Below are positions 10,563-20,818 of a stretch of DNA of 64,000 nt, one piece after another. Made by a program: the position numbers and the translations under genes. The stretch comes from an uncultured delta proteobacterium (lineage in GTDB: Bacteria > Desulfobacterota > Desulfuromonadia > Desulfuromonadales > JACZKF01), in contig CAWFKQ010000016.1 of the NCBI GenBank assembly GCA_963816395.1, positions 512,001 to 576,000 on the forward strand, read 5' to 3'. Numbering within the stretch: the first letter of the stretch is position 1; the number at the start of each line of letters is the position of its first letter. Below the pieces are notes generated by a model. That model had not been told where the DNA came from and ran no database searches. It saw nothing but the letters and a program-made list of their open reading frames with translations.

Positions 10563-11813
10563 ATGGCCCAGAAAAAGGGGATCGTCATCATCTGCAACCT
10601 GGATACCCGGGGCGAAGACATCATCTTTGTCAAGAAACTGATTGAGGACCGAGGCCACGAGGCCATTCTGCTCGACTTCAGCATGGAGGAGCCGCCACCG
10701 TTCCCCGGCGACATCCGTACCGAGGAGGTGGCGCTGCGCGGTGGGCTGCCGATCGAGGTGGTGCGCGAGAAGTACCGCTCCGACCGGGATACCGCCACCA
10801 GCAACCAGATCCGGGGGGGCGCGGCGATCGTCGACGATCTGAGCCGTCAGGGGCGCGTGCACGGCATCATCGGCATCGGCGGCGGTACCTCCACCCTGGT
10901 CTCCACCTCGATCATGAAACAACTGCCTTTCGGCATGCCCAAGGTGATGGCCTCGCCGATGGCGGCGCACCCGGCCTACATCGACAGATACGTCGGTACC
11001 CACGACATCACCATGCACCATACGGTGCTCGACATTGTCAAAATGAACCCGCTGCTTAAGGCACAGATCACCAACGCGGTCGGCGCCATCTGCGGCATGG
11101 TCGAGATGACCCAGGGGACGAATATCACCTTCGACAAGCCTTGCGTCGCCATCTCCTCCTTCGGGTTCGGTGAGATGGCGGTGCAGACCGCCCTCGGCAT
11201 GCTCGAGGAGGCCGGCTTCACCCCCATCGTCTGCCACGCCCAGGGCAAGGGGGACAAGGCCATGGAGGAGATGATCCGCTCCGGCGCCTTCCACGGGGTG
11301 GTCGACATCTGCACCGGCGGCATCATGGAGAACCTCTTCAAGGGGAACCGCGACCCCGGGCCGGAGCGGCTGATGGCCGCCGTGGAGACCGGCATTCCCA
11401 TGGTGCTGGCCCCCTGCGGCCTCGATATCCTCTCCTACGGCGGGCGCCCCGACATGCTGGAGAAGACCAGGGACCGCCCGCAATACGTCCAGGACGCCCT
11501 GCGCGTCCAGGTGCGCACCACCGCCGAGGAACTGCGCCAGGCCGCCGATGTCTTCGCCGAGCGCCTCAACCGGGCCAAGGGGGAGTGGACCTTCCTGATT
11601 CCGCTCAAGGGCTGGTCGTCCCTGGACAAGGAGGGGCGGCTGATCTATGACCCGGCCGCCGATGCCGCCTTCGTTGCCCGGCTCAAGGAAAAGATTGCCG
11701 AACCCGGGCGGATCAAAGAGGTCGATCTGCACCTGTACACCCCGGAATTCGCCCGCGTCGCCGTCGACGAATTCGTACGGCTCTACGCGGGGACGAAGGC
11801 GGCGGTAGCGTGA
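10563..11813 (+). CDS. UPF0261 / Tm-1-like ATP-binding domain protein
   Basis: NLDTRGED N-terminus, GIGGGTST, LPFGMPKVMAS, HAQGKGDKAMEE. Confidence 0.8.
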   Translation: MAQKKGIVIICNLDTRGEDIIFVKKLIEDRGHEAILLDFSMEEPPPFPGDIRTEEVALRGGLPIEVVREKYRSDRDTATSNQIRGGAAIVDDLSRQGRVHGIIGIGGGTSTLVSTSIMKQLPFGMPKVMASPMAAHPAYIDRYVGTHDITMHHTVLDIVKMNPLLKAQITNAVGAICGMVEMTQGTNITFDKPCVAISSFGFGEMAVQTALGMLEEAGFTPIVCHAQGKGDKAMEEMIRSGAFHGVVDICTGGIMENLFKGNRDPGPERLMAAVETGIPMVLAPCGLDILSYGGRPDMLEKTRDRPQYVQDALRVQVRTTAEELRQAADVFAERLNRAKGEWTFLIPLKGWSSLDKEGRLIYDPAADAAFVARLKEKIAEPGRIKEVDLHLYTPEFARVAVDEFVRLYAGTKAAVA

Positions 11814-12409
11814 TGCTCCGTCCCTGGCCACTGATCGCCTCGGAGCCGGTGTTCGACGCGGGCCTCTTCCAGGTGACGCGGGACCGGGTCCGCTCGCCGC
11901 GCACCGGCGGTGAGCGGGATTTCCACCTGCTGCATATGGCCGACTGGCTGCTGGTGGTGCCGCTCACCACCGACGGCAAGCTGGTTCTGGTCCGGCAGTA
12001 CCGGCACGGCTCGCGGGCGATCGGCCTGGAAGTGCCGGGGGGGCTGCATGACGGGGCCGGTGAGGGCCCGGAAAAAGGAGCGATACGGGAAGTGGCGGAG
12101 GAGACAGGTTACGGAAACGGCGGCGAGCCGCTGGTCTTCCTCGGCGAACTGCGCCCGCAGCCGGCGCTGCTCGCCAACCGGGCCTGGATTTACCTCGCCG
12201 AAGGCCTGCGGCCGGTGGCCGGGCAGAACCTCGATGCGGGGGAGGATATCGAAGTGGTGCTGGTTGACCCCCGGGAGATTCCCGAACGCATCGCCAACGG
12301 AGAAATCAACAACGCGATGACCGTCGCCGCTCTGTCACTGGCGCAACTTGGCGGATATCTGAAACCCGGTGCATGCCGGCGGTCCTCGAGAAAGGAGAAC
12401 GAGTCATGA
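11810..12409 (+). CDS. Nudix hydrolase (NudF-like)
   Basis: RQYRHG..LEVPGG and Nudix box GAIREVAEETG; overlaps both neighbours. Confidence 0.9.
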   Translation: MMLRPWPLIASEPVFDAGLFQVTRDRVRSPRTGGERDFHLLHMADWLLVVPLTTDGKLVLVRQYRHGSRAIGLEVPGGLHDGAGEGPEKGAIREVAEETGYGNGGEPLVFLGELRPQPALLANRAWIYLAEGLRPVAGQNLDAGEDIEVVLVDPREIPERIANGEINNAMTVAALSLAQLGGYLKPGACRRSSRKENES

Positions 12410-13086
12410 TCGTGCGTAATTGGATGCAAACCAGCCCAATGACGATTCCGAGCGATACCCTGGTTTCGGAAGCCAAGCGGCTGCTCAGCGACTACAATCT
12501 GCATGCCCTGTCCGTGGTCGACAACGGCCGGCTGCGCGGCCTGGTGACGCGCGCCAACATGCTGCGCCTCGGGCACTTCGTCCTGCGCACCCAGAACCCC
12601 GACGAATTCAGGTTCTTTTTCGAGCGGCTCCGGGTGCGTGACGTCATGGTGCGCAATCCCGCTACCCTGCAGGGGGACGATACCGTGGAATACTGCCTGC
12701 AAAAGGGGCGGGAGCTGGGGGTGGCCCAGTTCCCGGTTATGGAAGGGGAACAGGTGATCGGCATCATTTCGGCTACGGAGATCTTCCGTCTCGCCGCGCA
12801 CCTGCTGGGGGCCTGGGAGCGCCGCAGCGGCGTGACGCTGGCACCGGTCAAACTCGGTCCCGGGGTGCTGGGCAGGATCGCCGATGTGGTGGAAAGCGCG
12901 GGGGCCGTGCTGCAGGCAATCTACCCCCTCCGGCACCACGATAAAGAAGCGCATGAGGGCTATCCGGAGAAAAAGGTCATCCTTCGCTTTCGCGCCGACG
13001 ATGTGGGGGCGGTCGTTGCCGCCCTGGAGGCGGCGGGTTTTCCGGTGATCGAGATCGGGGCACAGAAAACGTCCCAGGCTGCCTGA
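12406..13086 (+). CDS. ppsC: CBS-domain protein, phenylphosphate synthase gamma/stimulatory subunit
   Basis: Tandem CBS domains (MIVRNWM, VRDVMVRNP) plus C-terminal ACT-like region; ATGA overlap with the Nudix stop; AAGGAG RBS. Confidence 0.8.
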   Translation: MIVRNWMQTSPMTIPSDTLVSEAKRLLSDYNLHALSVVDNGRLRGLVTRANMLRLGHFVLRTQNPDEFRFFFERLRVRDVMVRNPATLQGDDTVEYCLQKGRELGVAQFPVMEGEQVIGIISATEIFRLAAHLLGAWERRSGVTLAPVKLGPGVLGRIADVVESAGAVLQAIYPLRHHDKEAHEGYPEKKVILRFRADDVGAVVAALEAAGFPVIEIGAQKTSQAA

Positions 13087-13154
13087 AGAGGGAAAATGCG
13101 CCGGCCAGGCGCAACGAACAGCAATCAAGCGACATGAACGGGAGAGGCAAGATT

Positions 13155-13760
13155 ATGGGACTGCCATTGGTAGTGGCGATCACCGGCGCGACGGGCGTGA
13201 TATACGGCGTGGAGATGCTGCGCGTGCTCAAGGAGTTGGGGCAGGAAACCCATCTCATTGTCAGCGATGCCGCGGCCCTGAATCTGTCGATCGAGACCGA
13301 ATACTCTCTTGATGAGGTCAAGGGGCTGGCGAACGTGGTTTACAGCAACAAGGATATCGGCGCCGCCGTCGCCAGCGGCTCCTTTCGCACCTGCGGTATG
13401 ATCGTCGCGCCCTGCACGGTGAAAACACTCTCGGCCATCGCCAATTCGTTCACCTACAATCTGGTGGTGCGCGCCGCCGACGTGATGCTCAAGGAACGCC
13501 GGAAACTGGTGCTGATGTTCCGCGAAACGCCGCTGCACAAGGGGCACCTCGAGCTCATGACGCGGGCGGCGGATTATGGCGCGGTGATCCTGCCGCCGAT
13601 GCCGGCCTTCTATCATAAGCCCGAGTCCCTTATGGACGTCATTCACCAGAGCATCGGCAAGGCGCTTGATCAGGTCGGCATCGAGCACCAGCTGTTCAAA
13701 CGCTGGACCGGGCATGACCAGCAGGAGCAGGTGAAAAAAGCTTTGCGCCTTGCACCCTGA
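13155..13760 (+). CDS. ubiX: Flavin prenyltransferase UbiX
   Basis: VAITGATG, ASGSF, APCTVKTL, RAADVMLKERRKLVL, RETPL. Confidence 0.95.
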   Translation: MGLPLVVAITGATGVIYGVEMLRVLKELGQETHLIVSDAAALNLSIETEYSLDEVKGLANVVYSNKDIGAAVASGSFRTCGMIVAPCTVKTLSAIANSFTYNLVVRAADVMLKERRKLVLMFRETPLHKGHLELMTRAADYGAVILPPMPAFYHKPESLMDVIHQSIGKALDQVGIEHQLFKRWTGHDQQEQVKKALRLAP

Positions 13761-13849
13761 TTCGATTAATCTCATTGCGGTTGTGTAATGGGCCGATTTC
13801 CGGCCGCCACCCGGCGGGTCCCCGCCCGATTCCCAACAGGAGGATCAAA

Positions 13850-14806
13850 ATGGAAGGAAGGTTCTGGCAACGGGTTTTTTTCATCCTCTGTCTCACCGCC
13901 GTGTTTTCTACGGCGACAGTGGTCCAGAGTTGGGCGGGCGGGGGGCAGCACTACCCCAACGGCGTCGAGGACTTTGTCGTCGGGGCCCTGCCGCCGCCCG
14001 GCGCTTATCTGGTGAACTACCTGCTCTTCATCCAGAAAAACGAATTGAAAGACGATTCCGGCGACAAGGTCCCCGTGGCCTTCTCGGCGGATGTGGTCGC
14101 CGAGGTGCCCCGCTTCATTTACGTCAGCCCCTATACCCTGTTCGGGGCCAGCTGGGGGGCGCACATCTTCCTGCCGATGTACAGCGCCGATGTGGAAGTC
14201 GGTACTTCCGATGCCAATCCCCACAATATCGTCGACTCCGACGAGATGGGGATTGGCGACATCATCTTCAGCCCACTGATCCTGGGCTGGCACTTCAGCC
14301 CCAATTTCCATATGGTTTTCGCCCTGGACATCTGGGCGCCCACCGGCAACTACGACAAGGACCGCCCCGCCACCCAGATTTTGTCGAAAAACCTCTGGAC
14401 CGTCGAGCCGGTCGTGGCCGTCACCTACCTGTGGAAGGGGTTCGATTTCTCCGGCAAGTTCATGTACGACTTCAACTCCACCAATAACGACTTCGTCGTC
14501 GCCGGCAAGACGGTGGATCTCGATCCCGGTCAGGAGTTCCATTTCGACTGGGCGCTCGGCTACGCGGCCAAAAACGGTCTGCGCGGCGGCCTGGTCGGCT
14601 ACAACTACTGGCAGACCACCGATGACGAAGTCGACGGCGACAAGGTCAAGGACAACCTCAGCCGCGTCGGGGGGATCGGGGTCGGGATCAAATACTGGCC
14701 GAAACAAGGGCCATTCAGCATGACCCTCAAGCAGTACTGGGAGTACGCCGCCCGCAACATCGCCACCGGCCCCCAGACTCAGTTCAAGATTTCCTACGCC
14801 TTCTAA
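13850..14806 (+). CDS. SphA/MetA-type outer-membrane channel for phenolics
   Basis: Signal peptide, HYPNGVE..GALPPPG, GIGD..SPLILGWH, APTGNYD, GQEFHFD, C-terminal F. Confidence 0.8.
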   Translation: MEGRFWQRVFFILCLTAVFSTATVVQSWAGGGQHYPNGVEDFVVGALPPPGAYLVNYLLFIQKNELKDDSGDKVPVAFSADVVAEVPRFIYVSPYTLFGASWGAHIFLPMYSADVEVGTSDANPHNIVDSDEMGIGDIIFSPLILGWHFSPNFHMVFALDIWAPTGNYDKDRPATQILSKNLWTVEPVVAVTYLWKGFDFSGKFMYDFNSTNNDFVVAGKTVDLDPGQEFHFDWALGYAAKNGLRGGLVGYNYWQTTDDEVDGDKVKDNLSRVGGIGVGIKYWPKQGPFSMTLKQYWEYAARNIATGPQTQFKISYAF

Positions 14807-14849
14807 ACAGGTACCGCAGGGGGCGGTTAGTCCCCGGCGGCTGGAGACG

Positions 14850-14890
14850 AAACACTGGTGGACTGCTCGCGGGCAGTCCATCAGTGTTTT
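14850..14890. terminator. Hairpin, probable bidirectional terminator between convergent operons
   Basis: AAACACTGGTGGACTGC ... GCAGTCCATCAGTGTTTT inverted repeat. Confidence 0.65.
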
Positions 14891-14935
14891 CAGGCAGAGG
14901 AGGGGAAACAGTTTCGAGCCGTCTGGTGCTATTTT

Positions 14936-15989
14936 TTACCGCGGTACGAGGATGGCGGGCAACTTGGCCAGGGATGCGATCAGCCGTTCCGGCCCCTCGA
15001 CGGAGAGGGCGGCGCTGTCGCCCGCCCCGGTGAGCACGCCCACCGCTTGCACGCCAGCGGCGCGGCTGGTCTGGATGTCGATTGGGGTATCGCCGACGTA
15101 TACCGCTGCCGGAGGCGTGACCCTGAGCTGCCTCAGACATTTGAAGATACCCTCCGGATCGGGCTTTCTCCTGGCTACATCGGTGCCGAGAACAATAGCG
15201 TCGAATCGCTCCAGGATCCCTTCTGCCCGGAGCAGCTCCAGAACCTCCGGCCTGGCCCCGCTGACAATACCCAATCTGATCCCCAGGCTCGCCAACCCGC
15301 TTAAGATTTCCCCAACCCCCGCAAAGACCCTGCCGTGCTCCTGCAGCATCCGCGGCCATTCACGGGCGGCTCGCAGCGACAGTTCCTTCGCCAGGGCATC
15401 GCGGTCGCCGCCATCCTGCGGCATCACGCTCTGCCAGAAGTTGCGCCCGGTTGCGAGTGCGCGGCGTACCTGAGCCTCGGTCACTTCCAGCCCGAACTGC
15501 CCGGCAACGTAGCGGGCCACCTCCACATAGGCCCCGACCGAATCGACCAAGGTACCATCGATATCGAACAGCACGGCCTTGGCGCCGAGGGGCCGGCACA
15601 GATGCAACCGGAGCCGCGCATTTCTGCCAAGCGAGAGATGTCGACGAAGCGGCAGCGCCGCGACCACTTGGATCTTGTTCTCGGGATAATCCGCGATCTC
15701 CGGCAGGAGCACGGCGCCGGGAATCTGGCCCGCAATCCTTACGGGATGGCAGCGCACATGACAGAAGCCTTCTTCCCCGGGCTCCATGATGTGGCCCGGC
15801 AAGGTGCGCCAGCTCTGCCAGCGCCTTTGGTTCGCAACGTCGCCGACCGCCAGATGGATCGGATCCGGGTGCGGATCTATTCCAGTCAGATCGATCAGCT
15901 GCCGGCGCACCCACTCGGTCTGCGTCACATCGGCAGCCGGTTCGGGGTCACTCACCAGATCCCCTTCGATAGCTTCCCTTGAGGCGCAT
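14936..15989 (-). CDS. Degenerate CTP-dependent riboflavin-kinase-like (DUF120) domain fused to a HAD phosphatase
   Basis: C-terminal FDIDGTLVDS, KPDPEG, YVGDT..D; N-terminal IEGDLVS..TQTEWVRRQLIDLTGIDPHP..GFCHVRCHPV..GAVLLPE..YP; likely ATG at 15989 is one base out of frame (track start GTG 15955). Confidence 0.7.
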
Positions 15990-16080
15990 CTCAGATTCTC
16001 GGAAAGATTTATTCGGGCGCATGAATTTCTGAAGAGGGTTGGGGGTAGGCGCCGGCCTGCCGCGGAAAAGCGGACGGAAA

Positions 16081-16560
16081 TCAGCGCTGGTCTTCTGCCT
16101 GGGGCAGATCGATTTCGTCGCGATTTCCCAAGCCGGCGGCGTTGTCGACGAAATAAAGGCGGCTAGGGACGACCTTATACCAGCGCACCTTGGCCAGGGC
16201 CTTGACTATGGCCGCGGGCGCCTGCGCCAGCTTGCCCACCACCGGAAATTTCTCTCCGTACAGCCGGCGCGCCTTCTTCTCTTCCATCCCCGAGATCTCG
16301 CAAGCGACCCCTTCGATCTGAACGCCCTTGATCTCCAGCCAGTCGGCGTAGTCCTCCTGTATGGTGACGGCAATCCGCGGGTTTTGCGCCAGGTTCAGGC
16401 AATGTCGCGCTGTGGGCGATGAGAGAAAAAAGAGGGTAAAGCCATCGTTGACGTAGAAGACTGCCGCCGCCCAGGGGGTCTCTGTGCTGCAGGTGGCCAG
16501 GGTAGCCACCTGATGGTCCCGAAGATAGTGCAAAACCGTGGTGCGCCGCTCAACGGTCAC
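16081..16560 (-). CDS. Pyridoxamine 5'-phosphate oxidase-like FMN-binding split-barrel protein
   Basis: VATLAT..PWAAAVFY..FLSSP..RH..N...NP.IAVTI..IKGVQIEG. Confidence 0.85.
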   Translation of the reverse strand: MTVERRTTVLHYLRDHQVATLATCSTETPWAAAVFYVNDGFTLFFLSSPTARHCLNLAQNPRIAVTIQEDYADWLEIKGVQIEGVACEISGMEEKKARRLYGEKFPVVGKLAQAPAAIVKALAKVRWYKVVPSRLYFVDNAAGLGNRDEIDLPQAEDQR

Positions 16561-18317
16561 CGGGTTAACCCTGGAGAGGAATGGTGGGAGTGCTCCATGG
16601 CATCATCGGGCCTCTCCGGTTGGTTTTCATGCAGGCGGCCCAGGCGATAGGCCAGCTGCGGCCGGGTCAGGCCGAGCATTCTGGCCGCAGCGGACAGATT
16701 GCCCTCGGCTTTGTCTACGGCGGTTTCGATCAGCATGGCCTCAACCTGGCCCAGGGTCAGGACCCCATTGAAGACGGCCGCGCAAAGCTCCTTCCCCGCT
16801 TCCCCGGGGTTGGTGTCGATGGCGCCATGGCTATCGATGCCGAATTCCAGGGGCTGATCCTCATTATAGGCTGAAAACATGTGCTCCACTTCGATCCGGG
16901 TGCCGCTCGGGGCAAGGAGAACACCGCGGTCGATCATGTTCTGCAGTTCGCGGACGTTTCCCGGCCAGGAATAGGCGAGCAGCGCCCGCTTGGCCTTATC
17001 CGTGAAGCCGCGCAGCTTCTTGCCATGGATCGCAGAATACTTCATCAGGAAGCTTTTGGCGAGCAGGGATATGTCTTCCTTGCGCTCCCTGAGAGGCGGG
17101 ATTTTGATCTGGTAGGCATTGAGGCGGTAATAGAGGTCCGCGCGGAACTTGCCCGTTTTGACCAGAACTCTCAGGTCGACGTTGGTGGCCGCGACCAGTC
17201 GCACGTCGACCTTGCGGATTTTCTCGTCGCCGAGACGCTCGATCTCCCCCTCCTGCAGTACCCGTAACAGCTTCGCCTGGGCCGAGAGAGGAAGATCGCC
17301 GATCTCATCAAGAAACAGCGTGCCGCCATTGGCCCGCTCAAAGCGTCCGGGGCGGGAGGCGAGGGCGCCGGTGAAAGCGCCTTTTTCAATGCCGAACAGC
17401 TCGGATTCGACCAGGTCGTGAGGAATGGCGGCGCAGTTGATGGCGATGAATGATTTGCCTCGGCGGGCACCAAGCGAGTGCAATGCACGGGCGAACACCT
17501 CCTTGCCGACCCCCGTCTCCCCCAGCAGCAGTACGGTGATCTGACTGCCTACGGCCTTAATAAGCAGTTCATAGGCGGCCCGAAAGGCCGGGGCATTGCC
17601 TACGATGTCCTCCAGCAGCTTTTCGTTCTCGTTTATCGCCGAACGCAACTGGACAACCTGGGTCTGCAGCTCGATGAGTTGATCGGCGATCGATTCCCGA
17701 TTAAAAAAGCGGGCGTATTCGGCCCCGTCTTCCCATTCCTCGCTGGGTTTGCCGATGATGCGGCAGTTTGCATCCCCCACGCCGGCGCAGTTTACTTCCT
17801 TGTAGAGAATCGGCCGGCCCATGAAGGCGGAAGTATAGCCGCAGGCATACCCGATCTGGCTCCAGCACACCGGTTCTGAATGGACGCCGTAGTGGCGCCT
17901 GTGCGATTGGGCTTCCCAGGAGTCCTCCCAGAGGAATTCGCCGTAGAAGGTGCCGGCACCCCGGTCGAATTCGACTCTGATCGGGCTGACCTTGACTTTT
18001 CCTTCCAGCGTATGCAGCCGCGGGCCGGTCATGAACACTTCCATGTCGGACGCATTGGGGTCACGGGTGAGGGTAAGTTCCGCATCCCGTGCGCCGGCCG
18101 CATAGCCCATGCGCGTGATGATCCCTCGTGCGCGGTCCATACCGAGAGTCTCAATTAATTCTATGCGCAACAAGGCTTGAGCCTCGGCATGGACCAGGAG
18201 CATGCGATGCTCGTGCAACCAGATCTGACCGGTATCGGCACAGAAATGCACCCGCGCGCGAAGATCATCACTGACCGCCTCGCAGGGAACTCTTTCCATG
18301 ACGCGGCTTTTGGTCAT
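16557..18317 (-). CDS. XylR/DmpR-family sigma54-dependent phenol-responsive activator
   Basis: XylR_N (GQIWLHEHRMLL), V4R (PVCW...GYACGY..C....C), GETGVGKE, GAFTGA, C-terminal Fis HTH. Confidence 0.95.
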   Translation of the reverse strand: MTKSRVMERVPCEAVSDDLRARVHFCADTGQIWLHEHRMLLVHAEAQALLRIELIETLGMDRARGIITRMGYAAGARDAELTLTRDPNASDMEVFMTGPRLHTLEGKVKVSPIRVEFDRGAGTFYGEFLWEDSWEAQSHRRHYGVHSEPVCWSQIGYACGYTSAFMGRPILYKEVNCAGVGDANCRIIGKPSEEWEDGAEYARFFNRESIADQLIELQTQVVQLRSAINENEKLLEDIVGNAPAFRAAYELLIKAVGSQITVLLLGETGVGKEVFARALHSLGARRGKSFIAINCAAIPHDLVESELFGIEKGAFTGALASRPGRFERANGGTLFLDEIGDLPLSAQAKLLRVLQEGEIERLGDEKIRKVDVRLVAATNVDLRVLVKTGKFRADLYYRLNAYQIKIPPLRERKEDISLLAKSFLMKYSAIHGKKLRGFTDKAKRALLAYSWPGNVRELQNMIDRGVLLAPSGTRIEVEHMFSAYNEDQPLEFGIDSHGAIDTNPGEAGKELCAAVFNGVLTLGQVEAMLIETAVDKAEGNLSAAARMLGLTRPQLAYRLGRLHENQPERPDDAMEHSHHSSPGLTR

Positions 18318-18839
18318 AATCGCCCTCTCTTTCTTGCCAGGGATTAATGGGTTCGCCGAAACAAACGAGGTTATAGGATGCGAATTATATCAGGTTTATG
18401 GTCTCTCCACTTATTGCCCGCCAAATTCGACTCTAATGAGGGCTCCATGCAAGAAAAAAATGAGTTTTTAAAAAGTTGCCAGGATACCGATGGCCAAAGT
18501 AAAACAATGTTAGGCTAGCACCTTGGGCAATTTTTATGCAAGCAAGAAGGATTTAATTTTCCTGCCGGTTTGAAAATTGCCGCCGGCTAATTCGCGTGGA
18601 GCGCGCCCGGACGCGCAGTCCGGCCGGGCAGGAGACGGGTCTTGCGGGAAAAAGCACGAAGGGGAGGCTTGGTAAAAATCTTCCCATGTCGGGCTTTCCT
18701 ATTACTCAAAATAGTGTTATTTTAAAAAGAAGATAAATATTCACATGTTAACTTAAAATGTTAATTTTATTCAGGTATTTCAAGTACTTTTGAGATAACA
18801 TGGTTTGCAATTTCCCCCCCGTGCAGTGAGGATGGAGTC

Positions 18840-20757
18840 ATGGAAAAATCTACTATCCCATCAACCAAGGTCACCCCCATGCCAGACCCGGACAGGGCGG
18901 CACCGGAGAGGAAAACGGAAGCGCAATTCGCCATGGTCGATTTCGCGCCGGCGCAGGTCCGGGTGCGGCCCACCGCCGAGGGGGGCTGGCTGCTGAGCTC
19001 TCCCGTCCCCCTCGAACCCTATGAGCGGAATCTCGGCCTGATGCTGCGTCGCTGGGCACGGGAGGACCCGGAAAGGATTTTTCTCGGCGAAAGGCGCGCC
19101 GACGGAAGCTGGCGGTTGGTGACTTACCGGGAGGCCTGCCGCCTGGCCGAGGCGATTGCCCAGGCGCTCCTCGACCGGGGGCTGGGACCACAGCGGCCGA
19201 TCATGATCCTCTCGGGCAACTCCATCCACCATGCCCTGCTCATGCTTGGCGGTTTTTTCGCCGGGGTGCCGGTGGCTCCGGTATCGGTGGCCTATTCTTT
19301 GCTCAGCCAGGATCTGGCCAAGGTCAGGTACATCTTCGAGGAGGTGCGCCCGGCCTTGATCTATCGCCGAACAAGGTGGGATGTTCGCGCGGGCACTCGG
19401 GGCGCTGGATCTTTCAGCGGTGGAGGTGGTAACGGAGGACGGATTGGTCGGGGGAGTGGCCGTCACGCCTTTCTCCAGCCTGCTGTCTACCCCCCCCACC
19501 CAGGAGGTGGAGCGGGTCTTTGCCGCTGTCGGCGCCGACTCCGTCGCCAAACTGCTCTTTTCCTCAGGCTCGACCGGATTGCCAAAGGGGGTGATCAACA
19601 CGCACGGCATGCTTTGCGCCAACCAGCAGATGCTAGCCCAGGTGTGGCCTTTCACGGAGAAAACTCCGCCTGTTCTGGTCGACTGGCTCCCCTGGAATCA
19701 CACCTTTGGCGGAAACCACAACTTCAATCTGATCCTCAAACGAGGGGGCACCCTGTATATCGACGGCGGCAAACCAGTCGCCGGGCTGGTGGAGCAGACG
19801 GTGAAAAACCTGGCAGAGGTCTCGCCCACAATCTACTTCAACGTGCCGGCCGGTTATGCCATGCTCCTCCCCTACCTGGAGAAAGACGAGGCGCTGTGCC
19901 GCAGCTTCTTCAAACGGCTGCAGCTCATTTTCTACGCCGGGGCGGCCCTCTCTCAGGACCTCTGGCAGCGTCTGGAAAACCTGGCCATTCGGACCACGGG
20001 CCGGAAGGTCATCATGACCTCCTCCTGGGGCTCGACGGAGACCTCGCCACTGGCCACCGCCGCCCACTTCCCCCTGGAAAAGGCCGGGGTCATCGGGATT
20101 CCATGCCCGGGGATCACCCTCAAGATGGTGCCCAACAACGGCAAACTTGAGCTGCGGGTCAAGGGGCCCAATGTCACACCCGGTTATCTCAACCGTCCGG
20201 ACTTGACGGAAGCTGCCTTCGATGAGGATGGATTCTACAAAATCGGCGACGCCGCAACTTTCGTCGATCCCGCCAATCCAAGTGCAGGAATCGCCTTCGA
20301 TGGCCGGGTCGCCGAAGATTTCAAATTGAGTTCCGGAACCTGGGTGCATGTGGGCGGGCTGCGGCTGGGGGTGTTGACCGCTGCCGCCCCCCTGCTGCAG
20401 GATGCTCTCGTCACCGGCCAGGATCGAGAGTTCGCCGGTATCCTCGCCTGGCCCAATCTTCAGGCCTGCCGCGAGATCTGCCGGGACGTGGGGAACCAGC
20501 AAACGGTGGAAATTCTATTGCACCGGCAGGAGGTGGTGGAATACCTGCGAAAAACTCTAAGGGATTTCAACGCCCGACAGGAAGGCGCCTCGACCAGAAT
20601 CCAGCGGGTCATGCTGATGACGGAACCCCCCTCGATCGACGCCAATGAGATCACCGACAAGGGGTACATCAACCAGCGAGCGGCCCTCGAAAAACGCCGG
20701 TCCCTGGTTGAGCGACTCTATGCGAACCCGCCGGGGCCGGCGGTGATCGTTCTGTAG
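18840..20757 (+). CDS. fcs: Feruloyl-CoA synthetase-like acyl-CoA ligase; one apparent +1 frameshift near 19365
   Basis: [61 protein letters not shown]. Confidence 0.8.
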
Positions 20758-20818
20758 GGGCTGCCGCAATTTCTGACAAGCAGCCTCTGCCATTTTTCAG
20801 CGGACAAGGATATCCATT

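Noticed and set aside
15945..15989. Sec readthrough of the minus-strand frame MRLKGSYRRGSGE-TGA
   Set aside because: No Cys-equivalent context, and the homologous sequence continues in the adjacent frame
18524..18540. Second sigma54 promoter upstream of fcs (GG-N10-GC)
   Set aside because: The spacing fits, but the flanks deviate from TGGCAC/TTGC and no UAS was seen
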